From positions 6,613,264 through 6,677,263 of the forward strand of contig CAVNZM010000006.1 in the NCBI GenBank assembly GCA_963693365.1: 64,000 nt of DNA, in the 5' to 3' direction. The notes beneath the pieces are model-generated. The model did not search any database, was not told where the DNA came from, and saw only the letters and a program-made list of their open reading frames with translations. The DNA comes from Amoebidium appalachense. Taxonomy: Eukaryota; Protista; Ichthyosporea. Below are positions 1-15,055 of this stretch, one piece after another. The position numbers and the translations under genes were made by a program. Each line of letters starts with the position of its first letter. The stretch's first letter is position 1.

Positions 1-656
1 CAGGCCGAGCATGTGATTCCTCTTGAATTGCCGCTAGAAGTGGTCGTAAACAGGTATATCTTGTCCCTGTCGAATCCCCCCCCTCTCCTCCCCGAGATAG
101 AGAGAGAAGGAGGGAGGAATGGAGGGAGGGAGGGAGCAATCGAAAGAAGGGGGGGGGGGGGGGGGGGGGGGGAGAAAGAGAGAGGGAAAGAGAGGGAAAG
201 TGAAGAGAGAGAGAGAAAGCACGGGCAGGCGCGGGGTGGAGGGGGGGGGGGGTTGAGGAGAGGGGGAGGGGAGGGGCTATCTCCAAACCTATCAATCGCT
301 ACCTTCTTCCCTTCCCCGGCCAATCATCCGTTGTGTAGTGTCCCGTTTTTGCGCTACCTCTTACCCCCCCCCCCCCCCCCCCCCCCTCTATCTCGTCCCT
401 ACGGGAAGGAAAAGAAGGAGCCAAAATAGGCAGATTACGAACGTACTAAGGGTGAAAAACATCATGTGGATATCTGATTATCAGCTGCTTTTCTTCCTCC
501 ACATCCCCATTATTAAATCCAGCCATTGAACAGCCCCCCTCCCCCCCCCCTCCCCCCCCCCCCCCCCCCCCCCGGCTCCCAATCGAACTCGAGGCTCATA
601 GGTGCATCACACACCAGCACACACACACCAGCACACACACACAAACCACACACACA

Positions 657-713
<57 letters not shown>

Positions 714-718
714 ACACA

Positions 719-797
<79 letters not shown>

Positions 798-802
798 GCA
801 CG

Positions 803-847
<45 letters not shown>

Positions 848-1710
848 CACACACATTTTCTCTCTCTCAGGGATGCCAGCTCACACACCCTCACCATCCA
901 ACACACACACACCGTCTCCCAAATCATCCGGGTACATAAATCCGGCGACCACCAACAAAAATCACGCATTGAATACGATTTCATAATTGGTCCGCCTGAG
1001 CAAAACACGGAGATCATCGTTCGTTTCGACACAGACATCGATAGCAGGGGTGAATTTTTAACGGATTCCAACGGATATCAACTCATGCGCCGAGTATATC
1101 TCACCCCAAATATATCCACCGACACATTTTTTACCGACAACTTCTACCCCTCTGTTTCAGCAGCATCAATACGAGATTCGGACGAAACACCGGAATCGGA
1201 TGATGAGGGAGGTGAACGGCAATTTGCCCTCCTTTCGCGGCGTTCACATGCCGTGACGAGCGTCCAATCCGGTTCGTTGGAAATTATGCTACACCGCCGC
1301 ACAAACAACATTGACGTTTCCCGCGCAGTGCGGTTGGATGACACGGATACGATAATCGACTCGATTTGGTTGGTGATCGACAAAGTACCTTCCCAAAAAG
1401 GAAAAAATGGCGACTTTGACCAATCATGGCAACGCCAATCGCGGCTGCTGCGCAACCCGTTGGTTGTTTGTGGATCGGATTACGAAAACGGGGTGAAGTT
1501 ATTGGATGAGCCGAAGCCGTTAAAGGGGGCCAAACCCATTGGCCAGTGTAAGGGGCTGCTGGAGAAGGAATTTCCACCTGCCATCGAACTTCAGAGTCTA
1601 CAGGTGGGTCCATAAGGAAATTAGCCCCCCTTCCCCCCCCCCCCCCAAAAAAAAATAAAAATTAAATAAAATAAAATAAAATGCAAGGAATGCGCACGGC
1701 ACGCACGCAT

Positions 1711-1746
<36 letters not shown>

Positions 1747-1747
1747 G

Positions 1748-1784
<37 letters not shown>

Positions 1785-2230
1785 CACTCGCGCACGCGAG
1801 CGCACGCACCACACACAAAGTATAATAATAACATAAATCATATAGTTTAAAAAATGTTTTACCAATGGGATTACCGAGACCCCCGTTCAGTGAGCAGTAG
1901 TTTAAACAAACCCACATGGACCCTCTTTCCCCCCCCCCCCCCCCCCCCCCCACCACCACCACCCCCTTCCCCCCCCCCCCCCCCCCCCCCCCCACCTGCA
2001 CCCCACTCCACTCAATTCCCCATCCCTTTTTTATTCTTTTCTAAGATTGCTTGATCCGAATTCGCGGGTTTTCCGGATGATTGGCAGTTACATCCGCTCA
2101 TCTTTTGTTCATAAAGCACACAAACGCTGACACACATTCACACATGCAGGCATGCACCCACACAAAAGCACACAAGTACACATGCACACACGCATGCACA
2201 CACACACTGACACACACACACACACACACT

Positions 2231-2325
<95 letters not shown>

Positions 2326-2834
2326 ACATTTACACACATGTGCATACTGCCCGCATACAGGTGTTATCTGCCGAAAAGAAAACCCTGCAGCTGAGATTAC
2401 ACAACTTGTATGACCCTATGGACCACGACTCTCAACCTACACCCCCAAATATATTGGTAAATGATTCCGAATTCTCCATTTCCGCCTCACATATCATGGG
2501 CATTTTTGGCATTACCCAGCCCCACGACATCAATTGGGAAGAAACAACACTCACCGGCTATAGCATGATTGGAATGAAGCGTATCCGATGGCCCACAGAG
2601 GGGGCAAGTCGGGAAACTGAGCCAGCCTTACCGGACAACTTGAATTTTTGTAAGGAAAAGCACGGACCTTTGCTAGAAACCCTGCCAAGAGGAAGAAACT
2701 CGAACCCGGTCCATTTGGAAAATCGCAAAAAGATTTCGTTGTGGCGACTTGGCGATGATGATCTGAAAGCACGCGAAGAGGATGAGATCGGAGTTGCTCC
2801 CTTGGAGTTTAGGACATTTGATTTGCATTTGTGA
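1..2834 (+). CDS. Glycoside hydrolase family 38 (lysosomal-type) alpha-mannosidase, C-terminal part; gene starts upstream of the window
   Basis: Exons ~1/4-53, 871-1603 and 2361-2834 join in frame via GT-AG introns. GH38 C-terminal motifs: EIIVRFDTDIDSRGEFLTDSNGYQLMRR, DNFYP, GSLEIMLHRR, LRLHNLY, PLEFRTF. Stop TGA at 2832-2834. Confidence 0.9.
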
Positions 2835-3631
2835 TGGTGCCGAGATGAACTGTCCGTAGCTACATAACAGACACCATTATATCTTTTAAAATACAAAATC
2901 GGTTTGGTTATGAATGTTTTACGAATGCTCTTTTTTTGTATGTTTGTTTTGTTTTGGAAAAAAGGAGGGGAGGGGAGCTGTTCTTTTTTTTTTTTTTTGT
3001 TTTTTTTGTTCTTTTTGTTTTTTTTGAGGGGGCGAAGGGGGGAGGGGTATAGGTCGTGGGGGGTTGGTAGGTTTGTTGACGAGCAGAAGGTGAGTGAAGG
3101 AATATGGAGGGAAGGGGGAGGGAAGGCAAGTAGGAGTGGGGAGGGTGGGAAGGGGGGGGGGGGGGGGAGGGGGGGAGGGGGGGGGGGGGGGGGGGGGGAT
3201 CGATATGAGCAGTGATGCAAGTTGACTCAACGCTTGAATAACCATTTTAACGGTCACTGTACATGTACAAGTCTTTCTTGAAATATGACATGCAACTATA
3301 CACGAGTAGTAAGGAAACACGAAACCTCCCATGCGGACCTTCCCCGCTGTCCATGTGGCTTGATTAAGTCATAATTCTTCTGTAGTTTTATTCTTTTATG
3401 GTTTCTGCTTTCGTGGACGTACGACTATCTTGAGCTGTACACGTGTATATCTTCACCGCATCTTTAAAACAATAAAAGCAGCCAACACACACACACGTAT
3501 CATAAAACAATAAGAAATGAACGCTAATACACACCCTTCCAGATACACCGTGTGGACTATACGCATACACGGAAACGCGGCACACACACACAGACACACG
3601 ATGATCACTTATTGCTTATCATTCCCTGCTA

Positions 3632-3678
<47 letters not shown>

Positions 3679-3809
3679 CTTCCCCTTCTCCAGTCCAAAC
3701 CCACCGGCCGATGTCCGAACCCGAGTCCCCGTGGCCGGAGGCCACATAAAAGAAAATGCTTCGAAGTTCTCTAGCCGTGTAGCCCACCCCCACCCAAACC
3801 GCCCCTCCG

Positions 3810-3840
<31 letters not shown>

Positions 3841-4321
3841 AAGAAAGAAAGAAAGAAAAAGAAAGAAAAAAAAAACCCCAACCTCATTCCAAAGAAAAAA
3901 AAAAAAAACAACCAGGCCTCCAACGACAAAAAAAACAGTTCAACAGCCTGTACGTATCAATCTGCCGAGCTTTTTACATGCATAAGTTCCCCTGAGCCTG
4001 TATTTGTATCTACTTTTTACTATAGTACTGGTAACATATTATGTGTTGCAGAGACTACGGTTCATGAAAAGGCACCTGCCTTTTGAACTCATAGGCTGAA
4101 TGGTCTTGATCCAAGATCATTCATGAACCAAAGCAGACATGCTAGCCCTGCCATTATAAAAAAGGGTTGACTCCGAGAGAGGTGCAGGAAGCTGCTTCTC
4201 CGGGCCCTTCTTCCTCCCCCCCCCCCCCCCGGCCCCATATGTACATGCTGTACACACAGTGATGCATTCACGCGCTCACCGGTACCCACCCTGGGACCAC
4301 GAAGCCCCTGGGAAGAGAAGG

Positions 4322-4366
<45 letters not shown>

Positions 4367-4572
4367 ACTTACAAAATCGCTCGGCTTTCCGGGGCCCCTG
4401 TCTGTCACACGTGCACAGTGCCATACTAGTGTTCAGCCCTTCGGCCCTGAATCAATCCCACTGGCTGCCCAATGGTAAAATCCTTCAAAATGAAGAATCC
4501 TACAAGCAATTTGTAGTGCACCGACATCCTTGCTCGTCTGTGCAGGACAACCACAACATCAGAATTGTTTGG

Positions 4573-4607
<35 letters not shown>

Positions 4608-5140
4608 ACCCACTCCCTTCCCCACCACCACCACCACCAACAAAAAAAAAAAAATAAAAAAAAATAAAGCCTCTGAATATATCACAGATATATTATGGCA
4701 GATATACTTTTCAAGGCAGTTGCTATACAAATTTCGCAATAAGATATGCCAAATTGAAGATAGTCGCTTACCTCTAATTTCCGAAGCCAAACCACCCACA
4801 TCACCAAACGTGAAACCCACATACGTATACACAGCAAGTATGATGTATTCAATAGAATCGATTCAGTTGAGTTGGGAGCTGAGCTTGGGGTTATTAAGAC
4901 CAAAAGCAAACTTTCACTGGTCGCAAATTCCAGACAGGCTGCCACATCCGATTGAACGGAATGAGAAGCCCAACCCAGAAGATATACCAAAGGGATCCTC
5001 TACAAAAGATAAATACTGGCAAGGTGTATACGTAGAATCTACGACTGCACCATATACATCAATTCAATATTCGGCTTAGAAACCACAAGGCACACACACA
5101 CGTACACACGCACCCCCCTTATAAAAACCGGATCAGAACA

Positions 5141-5777
5141 TCAGAAAAAATCCTTGTTTCTTCCGCCCCACAAGTTCTTCCCCTCTTCCGCCTTCGCCAA
5201 CCTCCAATTCCCATCTACATCGATTATTGACGGCTCCGGCTCCCCCCCTCGGACCGTCTTTTTGATCATATCCAACCCGGCCTGCGCGCTCCCAAGCTCC
5301 TCCGCCTCAAAATCATTTTCTCCTGCCGTCGCCGACACGGCCATTTGCGTGACCACGGCTTTTATAGCCGGGGAAGCCGCAGGTTTATATTTTGACTGTA
5401 TACTCCGATTGGTTTTCTGCTTCCTTGCTTTCGCCTTTTCGATCTTTACCTGCATCTCCTCGCCAATTGGTCGTGGCTTGGGGGTGCCCAAGACGACGCC
5501 CGGGTAGTCCCGTTCAGCCTCATATCCATCATCTTGGGATGAAATTTCGCGATTTTCATCCAAATCGTTTACAGGAGGAGACGCCGAAGGTTGCGATTGG
5601 GCGGTAGCGGTAGCCACGATCGATGGTGGTGTAGTTGCCGTTGGGTTTTGTTCCGATTCAGGTGAGGTTTCCGGAAATGTGTTAACTGGGGGGGTCCTGG
5701 ATATGAGTGGATACGGTTGGAATGGGACGTGTGGGGAGGAAGGGGGAGGGAGGGGGGGTGGGGAAGGACTGAGGGTT

Positions 5778-5872
<95 letters not shown>

Positions 5873-6115
5873 ATGTGCACGTGAGGGGAGGCGTGTGTTG
5901 GCACGTCAGTTAAACAGGTGACAAAATCGGAAGGGAAATCCTCCCGAGAGTATGCACCCCCAGTTGTAAATCACAGTCAGACCAATGAAACAATGTGTTG
6001 TTCCGTTGTCAACTTCAGCACAGCCGCTTCCAGATTCTCATTTCTATGTTTACAGATAAAGCTTTAAACACTACGAATCAGAAGCCTTGATTTCCGAGGG
6101 GGATGATGTTTGCCA

Positions 6116-6204
<89 letters not shown>

Positions 6205-7519
6205 GTGTGTGCGTGTGTGTGTGAGGGCGTGTGTGCGTGTGTATCCCTACCCAGTGTGAAAATGGCCAGGCCCCACCGGTCTCTTCTTTGTCCATTCCAT
6301 TCCATTTATGCTATTCTGTGCATTGTAGCAGAAGAAACGACGACCAACAACAACAACCCATTAAAAAAAAAAATAAAAAAAAAGAGAGAGAGAGAGGGAG
6401 GGAGGGAGGGAGGGAGGGAGGGAGGGAGGGAGGGAGGGACGGAGGGGGGGGGGGGGGAGGGAGGGAGGGAGGGAGGGAGGGAGGGAGGCAGGGAGGCAGG
6501 GAGGCAGGGAGAGAGGGAGGGAGGGAGTGAGTGAGGGAGGGAGGGAGGGAGGGAGGGAGGGGGGGAGGGAGGGAAGGAGAGAGAGAGAGAGAGAACAGGA
6601 AAAAGCGTCCAGTCGAGTTTTGTGAATGAGAAAGGGAAATAAGGAAAAGAAAAAAGGGTCATAGAAAGGGATAAATCCAAAATTGATGAATAGGAACGAG
6701 GGGAGAGGCAACCAAACTCCGGAGAGAGGGGGGGGGGGGGGGGGGGGGGGGGGGATGGGGGGAGGAGGAGGAGGGGGGAAGGGGGGGGGGAGAAGGCCTA
6801 CCCATCGTGCACATCCACGGATTCCACCGGCGATTCCTTTGCACCTTCCAATCCTTTCTGCGCTATTCTATTCATTGTTGCAGCAACCAGATCTCTGGTC
6901 GTAGTGTTTACCCAAGTCCCGTTTAACCCCGTCCCCGCGCCTTTTCCACACTCCTTTTCGCCAACAGAAACGTTTTCTTCCTTTTGTGGACTCTCTCCTT
7001 CATCATCGCTCGTCTCCTCTCCTGACCCGCTCCCTTCCTCCCCGCTGCTTTCCGAAGAGGAAGATGGGAAAGTGCTACTTACACCGTCTTCGTCTTCCTT
7101 TTCCGTTCTTTGTTTCTTTCTCTCCGTTTGTGTCTGCTCTGAGATGGTTTCTTGTGGTTCTTGAGGTGTTGGTGAGGTGGGTGTGGTGGTGGTGAGATGT
7201 AGTGGTGGGGGTTGGGATGGTGGTACCGCATAGAATGTCATAGGTTCGCCTGCCAATTGTGATGTTGTTGCTGCTACTGGTGTTGGTGGCAGAGGAGACG
7301 AGGCTTTTGGGCTACTAAGCGCTTGGCTGAGCCTGAAGGCGCGGTGTGCGTGTGCGTGTGTGTATTGGGGGATAGGGGGGAGTGGTCCGTGTGTGTGTGT
7401 GTGTACCTATGTATGTGTGTGTGTGTGTGTGTACCTATGTATGTGTGTGTGTGTGGGGGGGGGGGGGGGGGGGGAAGGGTGCGTGTGTGTGTGTGTGTGT
7501 TGGGGATGGGGGGTGAGGG

Positions 7520-7590
<71 letters not shown>

Positions 7591-8785
7591 CGCATGCATG
7601 CTTCCCGTGCTTATGTGTTTGTCTGTGTGTGTTGGAGGGGAGGGTGGGGGCTGTGGGGGTGGGGGAGGACGGGGTGGAGGGGGGAGGAAGAGGAGGATGG
7701 GGATGTCAGAATCGTAGACCCAGCGAAAAGCACAAAGGCAAGACGAGGAGGCACGGTGTTGCTTATGTGCATTCGCTTGCATGTTGTGCCCACACGGGTG
7801 TATGAGATGTGTTCATCTCCCTCTCACTCTCCCTCCCTCCCCTCTCTCTCTTTCCCTTCCCCCCCCCCCCCCCCCCCCCCTTGTGTGTCTGTGTGTGCGT
7901 TTGTACGTGCACATGTATGTATGGGTGCATTGTAGAGAAGCACGATGTTCAGGCGCAAGTGTCAAACACGAGGTGCAGTCGAATAGCATAAGAAGTGCCC
8001 AAATCGAACACAGGAAGGGAATTCAAACACATTCCCTCCCGTATAATATCCTGCCAAGATGGCACTTTACTAATGATAGTGCCTTGGGGAATAGTGGTTG
8101 TGGTGGTTAGGTGGTGTTGATCATAACTTACTCTTCCCAATAGGGATATTTCATGTGGCTGCAGCAGGAGGGGAGAGGGGACGGGCGGAGGAAAGGGGGA
8201 GGCGGGGGGAGGTTCACATACTGTTCCCATTTTTGATATTCAAGGGGGTAGATATTCTGCAGGTAGTGGGCTAGGTCCTCTCTGTCTGCAAGCAGACATG
8301 CAGCTTGCAGTGCTTGTTTGTCCTCGGTGCTGGGAGTCAGGCCACAAGGTCCGTATGCCTGTGTGTGTGTGTGTGTGTGGGCGTGTGTGTGTGCGCGCGT
8401 GTGTGCAGACGTGTGTGTGTGCGCACGCACATGCGAGTTAGTGCGCGCGAGCACATGTTTGCGTGTGTGCACTTACTGTATGTGTGTGCCTGTCACGTGT
8501 GTCTCGTTTGCTCGTGCATGCCTGGGGAGGCGAGGCAGGGTGTGTGTGTGTGTGTGTGTGAGGAATGTGGTGGGAAGGGAAAGGGGAGGAAGGAGGGGGG
8601 GGGAGGGGGGGGGGGGGGGGGGGAGAGAAGGGAAATGTACATATTACAGGATACCAAAATGGAAGCAAAAACATTCAATACCTACAAAAGCTGTCACAAA
8701 ACAGAAACCAACCCAGGAGTGCAAGGAAAGAGAAGAATTGAACAGAGCCCGTCATCGCCCCCAGGAGAGGTTTTTTTTTTTTTTT

Positions 8786-8836
<51 letters not shown>

Positions 8837-10509
8837 AGGGGGTCCTTTTCCTCCACAAAAGAACGTATTTCGCCTCTTTCTATAACATCTCAGAGTCAGC
8901 TGCCAAAGGAGGGGGAGGGGGGAGGGGGGGAGGAGGGGGAGGAGGAGGAGGAGGAGGAGGGGGGGGGGGGGGGGGGGGGGTATAGAATCAAGAACAACAG
9001 AACTGGAGAAATTCAATTCAACATGAGCCAAATTCTATGATCCACTCACGACAGCCAAAAAATTGATCAGGAAAGATCGACCAACACACATTGATGTCAA
9101 GATCGACCACAACTTTTTGTTTTGCAAGGTTGCCCAACAAAAAAAACATTGATCGGGCAATGTGCGTGCCAGAGCCATGCACACATGTGTATGCCGTAAG
9201 TGTGTGTGAGAGAGCAAAACCAAGAAAAAGGAGGGGGGGGGGGGGGGGGGAGGGGGGGGGGGAAAGGCCGAATCCATAGCCGTACACACCGAGAGAATTT
9301 GGACTGCCGCCGCCACCTGCCCCTGGTCCAAGAGCGATTGCAAAACCCCACTGACCATAGCAACCTTGTCCTGGGCAGATCTCCTACAAACCCCCAGTGA
9401 GATATAGAAATTTGGATATTCTGCAGTAGAAAGAGGCCCGAGGGGGGCAGGGGGAGGGGGAGAGGTGGGGGGCCACAGATTAACAAATGGGCGTAACAAT
9501 AGCAAACATGAAAACTCAAGCGAATTATCACATCCATTCCTTAGATCGAACAAACCACACCACAGACCAAAAAGACAAGAAACGAAAAGACCCCCCCCCC
9601 CCCCCCCCCCCCCCTTCCCCCCTTCCCCCTGCCCTCCTCGCCCCTCCCCCTCTCTAACCCCTTCCATACTTCAACCTTTTTTGCAATGCTTTTCCCCAAT
9701 ACCCAATAGTACTGGTGTAGACCCCCCCATCCCCCCAAATCTCCACCCTCGGGCATCTGAGAAAGGAGGGGAAACCAAGGGGGGCAAAAGGGAAGGGGGG
9801 AGGGAGGGAGGGGGGGGGGGGGGGGGTTGAATGCGGAACACAGTACGAAGTACGCATACACAATGAGAAGCATGGTGCAGGACACATGCAAAGGCAAACA
9901 TTCAAGTATGCAGCATCAGCCATGCGCACAGTATGCGTCATAAGCAGAGCCCATCCTCAGGGAGGGGGGGGCGTCGGAAACATTAAACACCGAGCCCACA
10001 CCACCAGGGCAGGGAAAAAACAAAAAAAACAAACAACCACTACACACCTCTTAAAGGCCTCTCGGTCGTAGTTGCACAGGTGTTCCGTGTTTCGCCACCA
10101 CGTCCTCTCCTTCTTCCCCCCTCTCCTTCTCTCTGGCGTGTTTCCGACCAACATTATTAAAATTTATTTTTTAGTTAATTGTATTTATGGTTTGAAGATT
10201 TTTTTATTTGTAGTTAAACCGCGCTAGTCCCCACTAGTCCCCTATGTCACTGGAAAGCCTATTAGCCTATCCCGGTTTGACGAATTTTCTGTGTCTCTAC
10301 TTCACTCGCATTGTATTCTCTATCCATGCAACTTGCTCGTGTTTTCTTTTAAAGTCACTTGCAGTCTATTATGTGTATACATTTTGTTTTGTGTGTATTT
10401 CAACGGTAACGTGTCGTGCTTACACCTTGCTTGCCTTTTTTGTGCACGGTTGACCATGCCAATACGCGCCATGGTCAAACCCCCCCCCCTCCCCCCCCCC
10501 CCCCCCCCG

Positions 10510-10540
<31 letters not shown>

Positions 10541-10587
10541 AGCAAACAATCCACCTGCACCGAAAAAAAGGGTGGTGGTGGTGGTGG

Positions 10588-10629
<42 letters not shown>

Positions 10630-11424
10630 AGAAGGGAGGGGGAGAGCAACCTAAAGACGAAACAAACAAAAATTCCACATTAGGCATATGAACTTTGTTC
10701 AATCAGCACTTCAAATCCCCCCCCCCCCCCCCCCCACTCCCCCTTTCTATCGAATCCACCATAAGATTCTGCGAAACCTTTCCCTGCTTACCTTGCAACC
10801 CCCCCCCCCCCCCCCCCCTTTCCCCCCCTTCACCACCACAACATAACAGGGCACTTATCTTCAACCAACCCGTTTCCAACTCCCCCCCCCCCCCCCCCCC
10901 CCCCCCCGGCACACCACAAAAGAACCGAAAGAATGACACATGCGCACAAATGGAGAGATACACATGCACAGACACAGACACACGCCCACACACACACACA
11001 CGGGTGCGCACACAAGCACACACACACACACACACACACACACAAGCCCACCCCCCCCCCCCCCCTCTTCCCCCCACCCCAAAGCACACACACACAAACC
11101 ACCGAGAAAACCAGACATTACTGAAAACCAGACAGATTACTGAAAAACAGACAGATTACTGAAAACCAGACAGATTACTGAAAACCAGACAGATTACTGA
11201 AAACCAGACAGATTACGCCAACATACCTGGTCGTTGCTCTGGTGTTTCTGGTGGAGTAGAGTACCGCCTCATCACCACAAAGGCCATAAGGGGCCTGGAT
11301 GCCACTGTTACAAAAAATAAGAAAGTCCGTCAGGGTGGCAAACCCACGTTTAGACACAAAAAAGAGCACAAGAGGGGAAAAAACATTGGGGGGGACGGGG
11401 TGGATGGAGTGAGTTGTTACGTTT

Positions 11425-11501
<77 letters not shown>

Positions 11502-11666
11502 GGGGGCGGAGGGGGGGGAAGAGAGTGCAATAAAACGGAGGGGAGGTGGGGAGGGAGCTGGAAAATGGCTTGGGTGGAGGCAAGTAGAGCGAAAGGAGTT
11601 GGGGACCGTGGGGGGGGGGGGGGGGGGGGAAGGGGGGAGAGAGAGAGGGAGATGGAGAGAGAGAGA

Positions 11667-11711
<45 letters not shown>

Positions 11712-12267
11712 AGGGAGGGAGGGAGGGAGGGAGGGAGGGAGGGAGGGAGGGAGGGAGGGAGAGAGGAAGGGAGGGAGGGAGGGAGGGGGGAAGGGAGGGA
11801 GGGCAGGGAGGGAGGGAGGGAAGGACGCGAGAGAGAGAGAGAGGAGAGAAGGACGTAAGGTTGTTTAGGTTGGCATGCAAGTATAGGTGTGTGTGTGCAG
11901 AGGGCGGGAGGAGGGGGGGAGGGCGGGAGGAAGAAGGCAGCTAGGGCAGGGCATAGAGACAGGACGGTTGGACAGGTATATATGATGCACGGACGGGCTG
12001 TTTGCAGATGGAAAGATGTAGTAGTACACAAAAAAGGTGCCATCTCTGCCGACATAAAGAGTTACTTCTATAATCACGTCTCGCGACGTGAGCGTTGCCC
12101 GTACTACAACTTAGAGAGTGAAATCGCTTATCCTGTCCAAATTGTGTAGAGTAATAAAACGTGGGGTAGCAACATGACATGGGGAACGCACCCGTCAAAG
12201 CACAGAAGTTCGCGGTTGGCCTGTGTAAGCACCTCGCGGCCTGGGTCGAGAATCCAAAGACAGACAT
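5141..12267 (-). CDS. Uncharacterised ~518-aa protein with a mitochondrial-presequence-like N-terminus, a short helical (PPR-like) segment and a low-complexity acidic C-terminal half
   Basis: Exons 12267-12192, 11304-11227, 10132-10048, 9383-9290, 8358-8222, 7332-6802 and 5696-5141 are all GT-AG and phase-compatible, 1557 nt in total. N-terminus [42 protein letters not shown] is rich in R/S/A and lacks acidic residues. Confidence 0.75.
9827..9965 (-). mobile_element. 5'-truncated copy of the hammerhead-box repeat (subfamily A)
   Basis: Reverse complement closely matches 24500-24640 and ends just past the CTGAGGA box. G-runs on both sides. Confidence 0.8.
11106..11216. repeat. 19-bp minisatellite (CTGAAAACCAGACAGATTA), ~5.5 copies
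   Basis: Direct tandem copies visible, immediately next to the 11226 splice donor of the minus-strand gene. Confidence 0.9.
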
Positions 12268-14288
12268 TTGCAACTACAAGGGATAACCCTTCCCCACGTA
12301 TGGCCGATTAGAAATACTCATAAAATAATATGCCTTGTTTTTTTCGGTCCTTGTTTTCTTCATAGACTAGCCAAAGGCAACCAGGCACGTGTGTACACTC
12401 CTTGTGTAAGAAATCGGGGCAGCTAACAGCTAGTACCAGTATGTTCACACACAGAATATTCTACAAAACGAATGCGTGTTGTCGTATAATGCTCACGAGT
12501 GCTCTGTTAAAGTTTTCGAAACGTTCGAATAAAGCCATTAACATCCATGATCCATTCTCTCAAAACATCAAATAGTGGAGCTTTGACGATCCATGTGGTG
12601 TGGCGCCGTAACGGTCACTGGATCACGCAAACGCTTCGATCGAGCTCTGGCTCACTGAATAGTCTACCACTACATGACGTCACTGTTGTTTTGTATTAGA
12701 CGACAATTCCATGGTAAAAATTAAAAATTACGTTGTAAAGACAACGCAGTATACTTCCCTGATTCTTCAGGGCTGCTCTTTCTTGGCAGAGGTTCAAAAC
12801 TTGCGGTTGAGCTTTGAAAGCAATAATTAACTGAGAACGGAAAAAGCACATTACAAGCGTTCTGGTTATGGCAGGAAAGGAATCGCAGTTTTGTTAGTCA
12901 AATTTCAAAAATCGTTAGACACCCACTTATTTTTCTTGCTTGTGCAGATCTCCCTCCACCTTGCCATTAACCTTCAGTTCATAATCAGCCCCCGCGTCAT
13001 AATCAGCCCCCGCCCCTCCTTCGCCCTTCTGTTCCTGGATCCATTTCAATTGAGACGCCAAGGTTGCCTAAATTTCCCAGAATGGAGCCAACGGAGCCAA
13101 CAACTCTACAGTGAATAGCACGCACATTTAGGCCTTCAAGTCGGTCCCCGTCCATGAATCCAAACACCCCTCTCGTTGGTAAAGTCACTTGTAAAATTCT
13201 TTAACAAACGGTGCTTCACATCTTTGAATCGCGAAAAAATACATCTTTTTTGCTGCCTTGCTACAAACTAGAAGGTAAGGCCATAATATGAGCACTTAGC
13301 ATCAGCCTGAACGTTTGAGCTGCCAAGGGTTTAGTTTTCCTATGATCTATCCAGCGACTGTTCTCCATGCTGAAGTTTTTGTTGTTCTGTCGTTTCATGA
13401 TGGATTATTCTACTTACCAATGTCCATGCAGAGCCTTCCTACTTCCCTCTCAATCCTTGCTCTCCAGATTCATTTTCTTTACCTTTTGCCCTTTCTTCCT
13501 TCTCCCCCCGTTCTCCCGCATGCCCCCCATTTCTCTTGCTCCCTCTCCCCCCCGCCCCAACCCCCCCTCTTCCTTTCGGTCTCATGTATCTTTCTCTGGC
13601 TTCTCGCCCCCCACCCCACCCCCTTTAGTTCTCCCTCCTCCTTCTCTCTCTCTCGCTCTCTGTCTCTATGCCCCTCTCTCTCTCACTCCCCCCCGCCCCC
13701 CCTCCCGCTCCCTCCTCTCTCTCTCTCTCGCTCTGTCTCTAAGTGTCTCTCTCTCTCCCCCCCTCCCCCCCTCCCCTCCCCCCCCTCTCTCTCTTCTCCC
13801 CACCCCTCTCCCTCTTCCGCTCTCTCTATCCCCCCCCTCCCCTCTTTTCCTCCCCTCCCCCCTCCCCCCCTTTCCATCCCGCCGCCCCCTCCCCCCCCCC
13901 CCCCCCCCCGTTTTTCCTGTTATTAGCTTGGCTCTGTAAGATCATTTCCCTGTCGTTGGCCAACCAAGCTGACCTCTCTCTTCTTTTCTTTGGCATCCTC
14001 CGGCATCAGCCACTCCGCTTGATACTTGCACAACTGCTATATTCCTACACATCTGTCCGTTGCTTCGTTTTCCCCAATTTTGGTCCTTCGTACCCCCTTT
14101 CTGGCCATTTGACCCGTCGCACTTTCTACCCTTTATTTCATAGCCTTTTTTCTTTTTCTTCGCGGAACTACAGCTCTGTTTGGGGCAGACATGGGTCTGG
14201 TGTTGGATCCCCTCACTTCTTTCCCATTACCACAGCCATCGGGTGATGTTTACCCTCCTGCGCTCTTGGTGGGGGAGTATGATCGAAA
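12268..14288. promoter_or_regulatory. Divergent (head-to-head) promoter/5'UTR region with a CRE palindrome TGACGTCA at 12675-12682
   Basis: Lies between ATG 12267 (-) and ATG 14289 (+). 12270-13440 is free of microsatellites. Possible 5'UTR donor AAG|GTAAGG near 13275. Confidence 0.5.
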
Positions 14289-14541
14289 ATGGTGAGTGGC
14301 AGATTATCTTGCTCGCTCTGGCTTGAGAGATGATGAGAAATGCATGGCACCTTTCTTGTTATATGCTTGTTCTGAAATTGGAGATGCAAGAGCGAGTTAC
14401 GTGCACTCTTTCTGATGAAAAGGGTTTGCAGTTTCACAAGGCATGTTAAGCTGCAAGAAAAAGGCAAAAGGGGAATGGGAATGCAATGCATCTGTTCCGC
14501 GTGCCGTTGCTTCTTTGTCTACACATCTCTCCTTGTATGTA

Positions 14542-14592
<51 letters not shown>

Positions 14593-14964
14593 TGTGTGCG
14601 TGCGTGTTTGTGCGTGTGTGTGTGGGCGTGTGTTTGTGGGGGGAAGGGAAGGATATATGGGTAGGCGGGCAGGATAGGTGGAAGGCCGGGGGAGGGGGGA
14701 GGGGGGGGGGGGGGGGGGGGGGGCGGGGGCGGGAGGGAAGGGGGGGCTCAGGAGGGGGAGAAAATGGATGTGGGTGGGAGGAGGAGGAGAGGGGGGGGGG
14801 GGGGGGGGAGATGATGGAAGCAAGGCGCGCGTATGAAAATGCAGACACGAGACACATGGAACAAATAGTTTACACTAAAATGGAGCAACATGATACACAT
14901 TGTATAGCTAGTGCTTGTATAGCGAGTGCTCGTTTGAGGGGTTTTTTTTTTTCTTTTTTTGCCT

Positions 14965-15055
<91 letters not shown>

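Noticed and set aside
4411-5079. 222-aa plus-strand ORF and nearby exon-like pieces at 3690-4540
   Set aside because: No recognisable domain, non-ATG start, runs through homopolymers; probably UTR or intergenic sequence between convergent genes.
13003-13188. 61-aa minus-strand ORF in the divergent region
   Set aside because: Short, no homology recognised, and not needed for the neighbouring gene model.
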